From: Octopus sinensis | Lineage: Eukaryota | Reading direction: 5' to 3' | DNA: 11,609 bases | NCBI RefSeq assembly: GCF_006345805.1 | Contig: NW_021826962.1 | Span: 1-11,609, forward strand | In this document: positions 9,101 to 11,609 of the stretch, piece by piece | Layout: the number at the start of each line of letters is the position of its first letter | Numbering within the stretch: the first letter of the stretch is position 1 | Notes under the pieces: generated by a model | The model's input: only the letters and a program-made list of their open reading frames with translations | Told to the model about the DNA's origin: nothing | Databases searched by the model: none | Made by a program: the position numbers and the translations under genes

Positions 9101-9462
9101 TTCTTTTTTACTTGTTTCAGTCATTTGACTGCAGCCATGCTGGAGCACCGCCTTTTTTAGTCAAGCAAATCGACCCTGGGACTTATTCTTTGTAAGCCCA
9201 GTACTTATTCTATCAGTCTCTTTTGCCGAACCACTAAGTAACAGGGACATAAACACACCAGCATCGGTTGTAAAGCAATGCTAGGAGGACAAACACACAC
9301 ACGCATAATATATATATATACATATATACGACGGGCTTCTTTCAGTTTCCATCTACCAAATCCACTCACAAGGCTTTGGTCGGCCTGAGGCTATAGTAGA
9401 AGACACTTGCCCAAGGTGCCACGCAGTGGGACTGAACCTGGAACCATGTGGTTGGTAAGCAA
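9101..9462 (-). mobile_element. tRNA-derived SINE, family 3, with an internal microsatellite; slightly 5'-truncated
   Basis: The minus strand has a B-box-like 'ggttcagtccc', then 'gcaccttgggcaagtgtcttc', an internal (TA)/(TG) run at 9293-9328, and the tail 'tgctccagcatggctgcagtcaaatgactgaaacaagtaaaaaagaa'. Confidence 0.85.
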
Positions 9463-9571
9463 CCACATGGTTTGTGTATATTTCTCTTGATATATGTGTG
9501 TGTATGCATGTACCTGCATATGCTCATGTGGAGGCATATGTGTGTATTTGCTTGTGGTATGATTTCTCACC

Positions 9572-9756
9572 TATACCAGAAGTAAGCAACTGCACTCAAC
9601 ATTTCTTGACCTGGAGGCAGTCTATGGCAGTGTCCCAAGCTCAGGGAATTTCTAAGGGAACTTGGTATGGCCCAAAGGCTGCTTGTGAGGACCATGCATG
9701 CCTCATATGGAAGTGCAGTAAAAGCTATGTACAGAGGTGCAGTACCTGCAAAGTAA
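9572..9756 (+). pseudogene. Decayed RTE-type reverse transcriptase fragment (FxDLEKAFD region)
   Basis: 9572-9652 reads YTRSKQLHSTFLDLEAVYGSVPS (cf. FxDLEKAFDRVPR). After a frameshift, 9652-9753 reads LRELGMAQRLLVRTMHASYGSAVKAMYRGAVPAK (cf. LRxLGV.E.LVRxVxAMYxGAxS). It contains stops and frameshifts. Confidence 0.7.
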
Positions 9757-9918
9757 AAACAACATGATACAAGGTCTTGTGCTTACTGCAGTGTAGTGGC
9801 TTGCATGGCTCAGTGACACCAAGAGCTATGCCAGTGGAGCACAAGCTCCTGCTAGGGTCACCCATACAGGACAGGCTAAAGGATAGAGGCCGGACTATTT
9901 TGGACCACATTTTCTCAG

Positions 9919-10173
9919 AGATAAAAATGGGTTTGCATAGGACCAATAGCCCTTCTTAGAAATAAGCATAGTTACAGAAGAGTCAATCATAATCCAAAAG
10001 CAATAAGCCCCAAGACAGAGCCCTTCCCACTGGGAAACGTATATTAAAGAGGCAGAGCTGACAAAAACAAAGGGCCAACAGGATGGAAGCAGAAAAGACA
10101 GCATTGAACCAAGAACAGTGGAGGAGGGTCGTTGTTGACCTTATGCTCCATATCAAGGGAAGGGCTTCAGTAG
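9919..10173 (+). pseudogene. Decayed RTE-type LINE ORF C-terminus / 3' end (copy V)
   Basis: 10083-10173 reads MEAEKTALNQEQWRRVVVD then, after a 1-nt shift, LCSISREGLQ* (cf. RTE terminal W.EAEK.A.DR..WR..V.GLCS). Upstream frames give weaker 'KWV.IG', 'HNPK' and 'PRQ..W..YIKEAEL' matches. Confidence 0.6.
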
Positions 10174-10261
10174 AGTGCCTTCACAAGAATGAACGTTGCC
10201 TTTAGTCCATCTCACTGTACCTTCCTTCTGTTTTTTTCTGACAAATGTATCATTGTTGGTC

Positions 10262-10410
10262 ACTGAATGATCTTCAGGTAGAGCTGTAAAAAGCAGGGAT
10301 CTAATTGGGGTGAAGCATAAAAGACAGCCAAGAGTTGAGAACTCTGAAGAGGGGCTGTCGATGGCCTTATGCTTCACAGGGAGTAAAGGGTTTAAGTTAG
10401 TATTAAGTAC
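10262..10410 (+). pseudogene. Decayed RTE-type LINE 3' end with (TAAG)-like tail (copy W)
   Basis: 10306 onward reads WGEA*KTAKS*EL*RGAVDG then, after a 1-nt shift, LCFTGSKGFK, followed by 'taagttagtattaagta'. Confidence 0.7.
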
Positions 10411-10417
10411 ATTGAGA

Positions 10418-10622
10418 GGAGGGCAATGCATTGACAATATCCGTTATGTAGATGACACTGTCTTTATAATATCATCAGATAAAGATCAACAAGGTTTAAT
10501 TAAGATTATAAATAGTGATGGAGACAGGCAGAAAAGATAGCCTAGGGTCGAGAACAGTGAAGAAAGGCCATTGATGGCCTAGGTCCCATAGGGTGTGAAG
10601 AGTTTTAAATTACTATTAAGTA
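10418..10622 (+). mobile_element. Internally deleted RTE derivative, unit X: RT YADD segment fused to the LINE 3' end
   Basis: 10418-10518 reads GGQCIDNIRYVDDTVFIISSDKDQQGLIKIINS (YVDD at 10445-10456; cf. GG..INNLRYADDTVLIA.S..DLQ.L). 10519 onward reads WRQAEKIA*GREQ*RKAIDGLGPIGCEEF*, then 'tattaagta'. Confidence 0.7.
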
Positions 10623-11436
10623 AATTGAGGAGAGAACAAAACCTCAGCAGTGTCCATTATATAGGTGACACTGTTCTCATAGTACTGCCAGACAAAGGTC
10701 AACAAGATTTAATTACTATTATGATTAATATTATAAATACTAACGGCGGCGAGCTGGCAGAAACGTTAGCACGCCGGGCGAAATGCTTAGCAGTATTTCA
10801 TCTGTCTTTACGTTCTGAGTTCAAATTCCGCCGAGGTCGACTTTGCCTTTCATCCTTTCGGGGTCGATAAATTAAGCACCAGTTACGCACTGGAGTCGAT
10901 GTAATTGACTTAATCCATTTGTCTGTCCTTGTTTGTCCCCTCTATGTTTAGCCCCTTGTGAGTAATAAAGAAATAGGTATTTCGTCTGCCGCTACATTCT
11001 GGGTTCAAATTCCGCCGAGGTCGACTTTGCCTTTCATCCTTTCGGGGTCGATAAATTAAGCACCAGTTACGTACTGGGGGTCAATGTAATCGACTTAATC
11101 CATTTGTCTGTCCTTGTTTGTCCCCTCTGTGTTTAGCCCCTTGCGGACAATAAAGAAATAAGAATCGTTAGCATGCTAAGCAACATGCTTAACGGCATTT
11201 CATCAGTCTTTACGTTCTGGGTTCAAATTCTGCTGAAGTCGGCTTTGCCTTTTACCTTTTCAGGGTTGATAGAATAAGTACATGTTGAGTACTGGGGTCA
11301 GTTTCCACCTTGGAATTCCTAGTTTTGTGTCAGAATTTGAAACCAACATTATAAATACTGGAGAGATGCTGAAAAGACAGTCCAGAGTTGAGAAAAGTTA
11401 TTGATGTCCCCTGTTCCATAGAGATAGAAGGGGTCT
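10623..11436 (+). mobile_element. Internally deleted RTE derivative, unit Y, split by the SINE trimer (parts 10623-10741 and 11359-11436)
   Basis: The first part reads RREQNLSSVHYIGDTVLIVLPDKGQQDLITIM (YIGD at 10658-10669). After the insertion, 11359 onward reads WRDAEKTVQS*EK..IDVPCSIEIEG. Confidence 0.65.
10742..11347 (+). mobile_element. Head-to-tail family-1 SINE trimer (10745-10975, 10976-11160, 11161-11347) within one 12-bp TSD
   Basis: 'attataaatact' lies at 10730-10741 and 11348-11359. Unit 1 is full length (A-box-like 10755-10766, B-box-like 10817-10829). Unit 2 restarts at the internal 'ggtatttcg' and unit 3 restarts at 'agaatcgttagc'. Unit 3 ends in a different tail ('ttgtgtcagaatttgaaacc'). 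Confidence 0.9.
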
Positions 11437-11609
11437 ATCAGGGGACTCTCTGGGTCTATCAGGACTCAGCTGTCATTTTTCTGTGAGGACCAGATGTCCT
11501 GTTCAGGAGTAATCTTGTAATGTCAATGACTTAGATACCATGGTAACCAGATGAAGATCTGTCCTTATGAGTCCTTGGGGTCACAACAGACCCTAACCTA
11601 AACTGTCAT

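Noticed and set aside
9474-10437. ORFs 9474..9767, 9725..9946, 9777..9959, 9895..10104 and 10153..10437 as host genes
   Set aside because: They overlap decayed RTE sequence. The recognisable RT motifs lie in other, broken frames, and these peptides resemble nothing I recognise.
10310-10870. ORFs 10310..10540 and 10595..10870 as functional reverse transcriptases
   Set aside because: Each has only ~35 aa of RT similarity with a degenerate catalytic motif (YVDD, YIGD), and the second ORF reads on into a SINE.
11431-11467. 21-bp-period duplication 'gggtctatcagg(gg)actc'
   Set aside because: It is real but an ordinary short slippage duplication with no further signal.
11591-11603. 'ccctaacctaaa' as an interstitial telomeric repeat
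   Set aside because: There is only one full CCCTAA unit plus a partial one, which is chance level.

Overview
Eukaryotic, repeat-saturated, apparently non-coding DNA. I found no intact protein-coding gene, RNA gene or prokaryotic system. The SINE families look like ones I recall from octopus (coleoid cephalopod) genomes; this is recognition from memory, not a database result. The window is roughly one third microsatellite ((ATC/GAT)n, (TA/TG/CA)n, (CT)n, (ATT)n). It also holds about a dozen tRNA-derived SINE copies or fragments from at least three families, a short CR1-type LINE 3' end, three copies of a ~430-535 bp element that always sits in (AAT)n tracts, and a cluster of decayed RTE-type LINE debris at 9572-11436. 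Almost all ORFs in the supplied track are translations of microsatellites or SINEs. The exceptions are 10310..10540 and 10595..10870, which contain degenerate reverse-transcriptase YADD motifs. The most interesting structures are: (1) a tandemly repeated mini-RTE unit in which the RT active-site segment is fused directly to the LINE 3' end; (2) a SINE trimer bounded by a single 12-bp target-site duplication (TSD); (3) a candidate (TAA)n-targeting element that lands in SINE-tail microsatellites; (4) head/tail module swapping between SINE families; and (5) a candidate 20-nt microexon in the largest repeat-free island.
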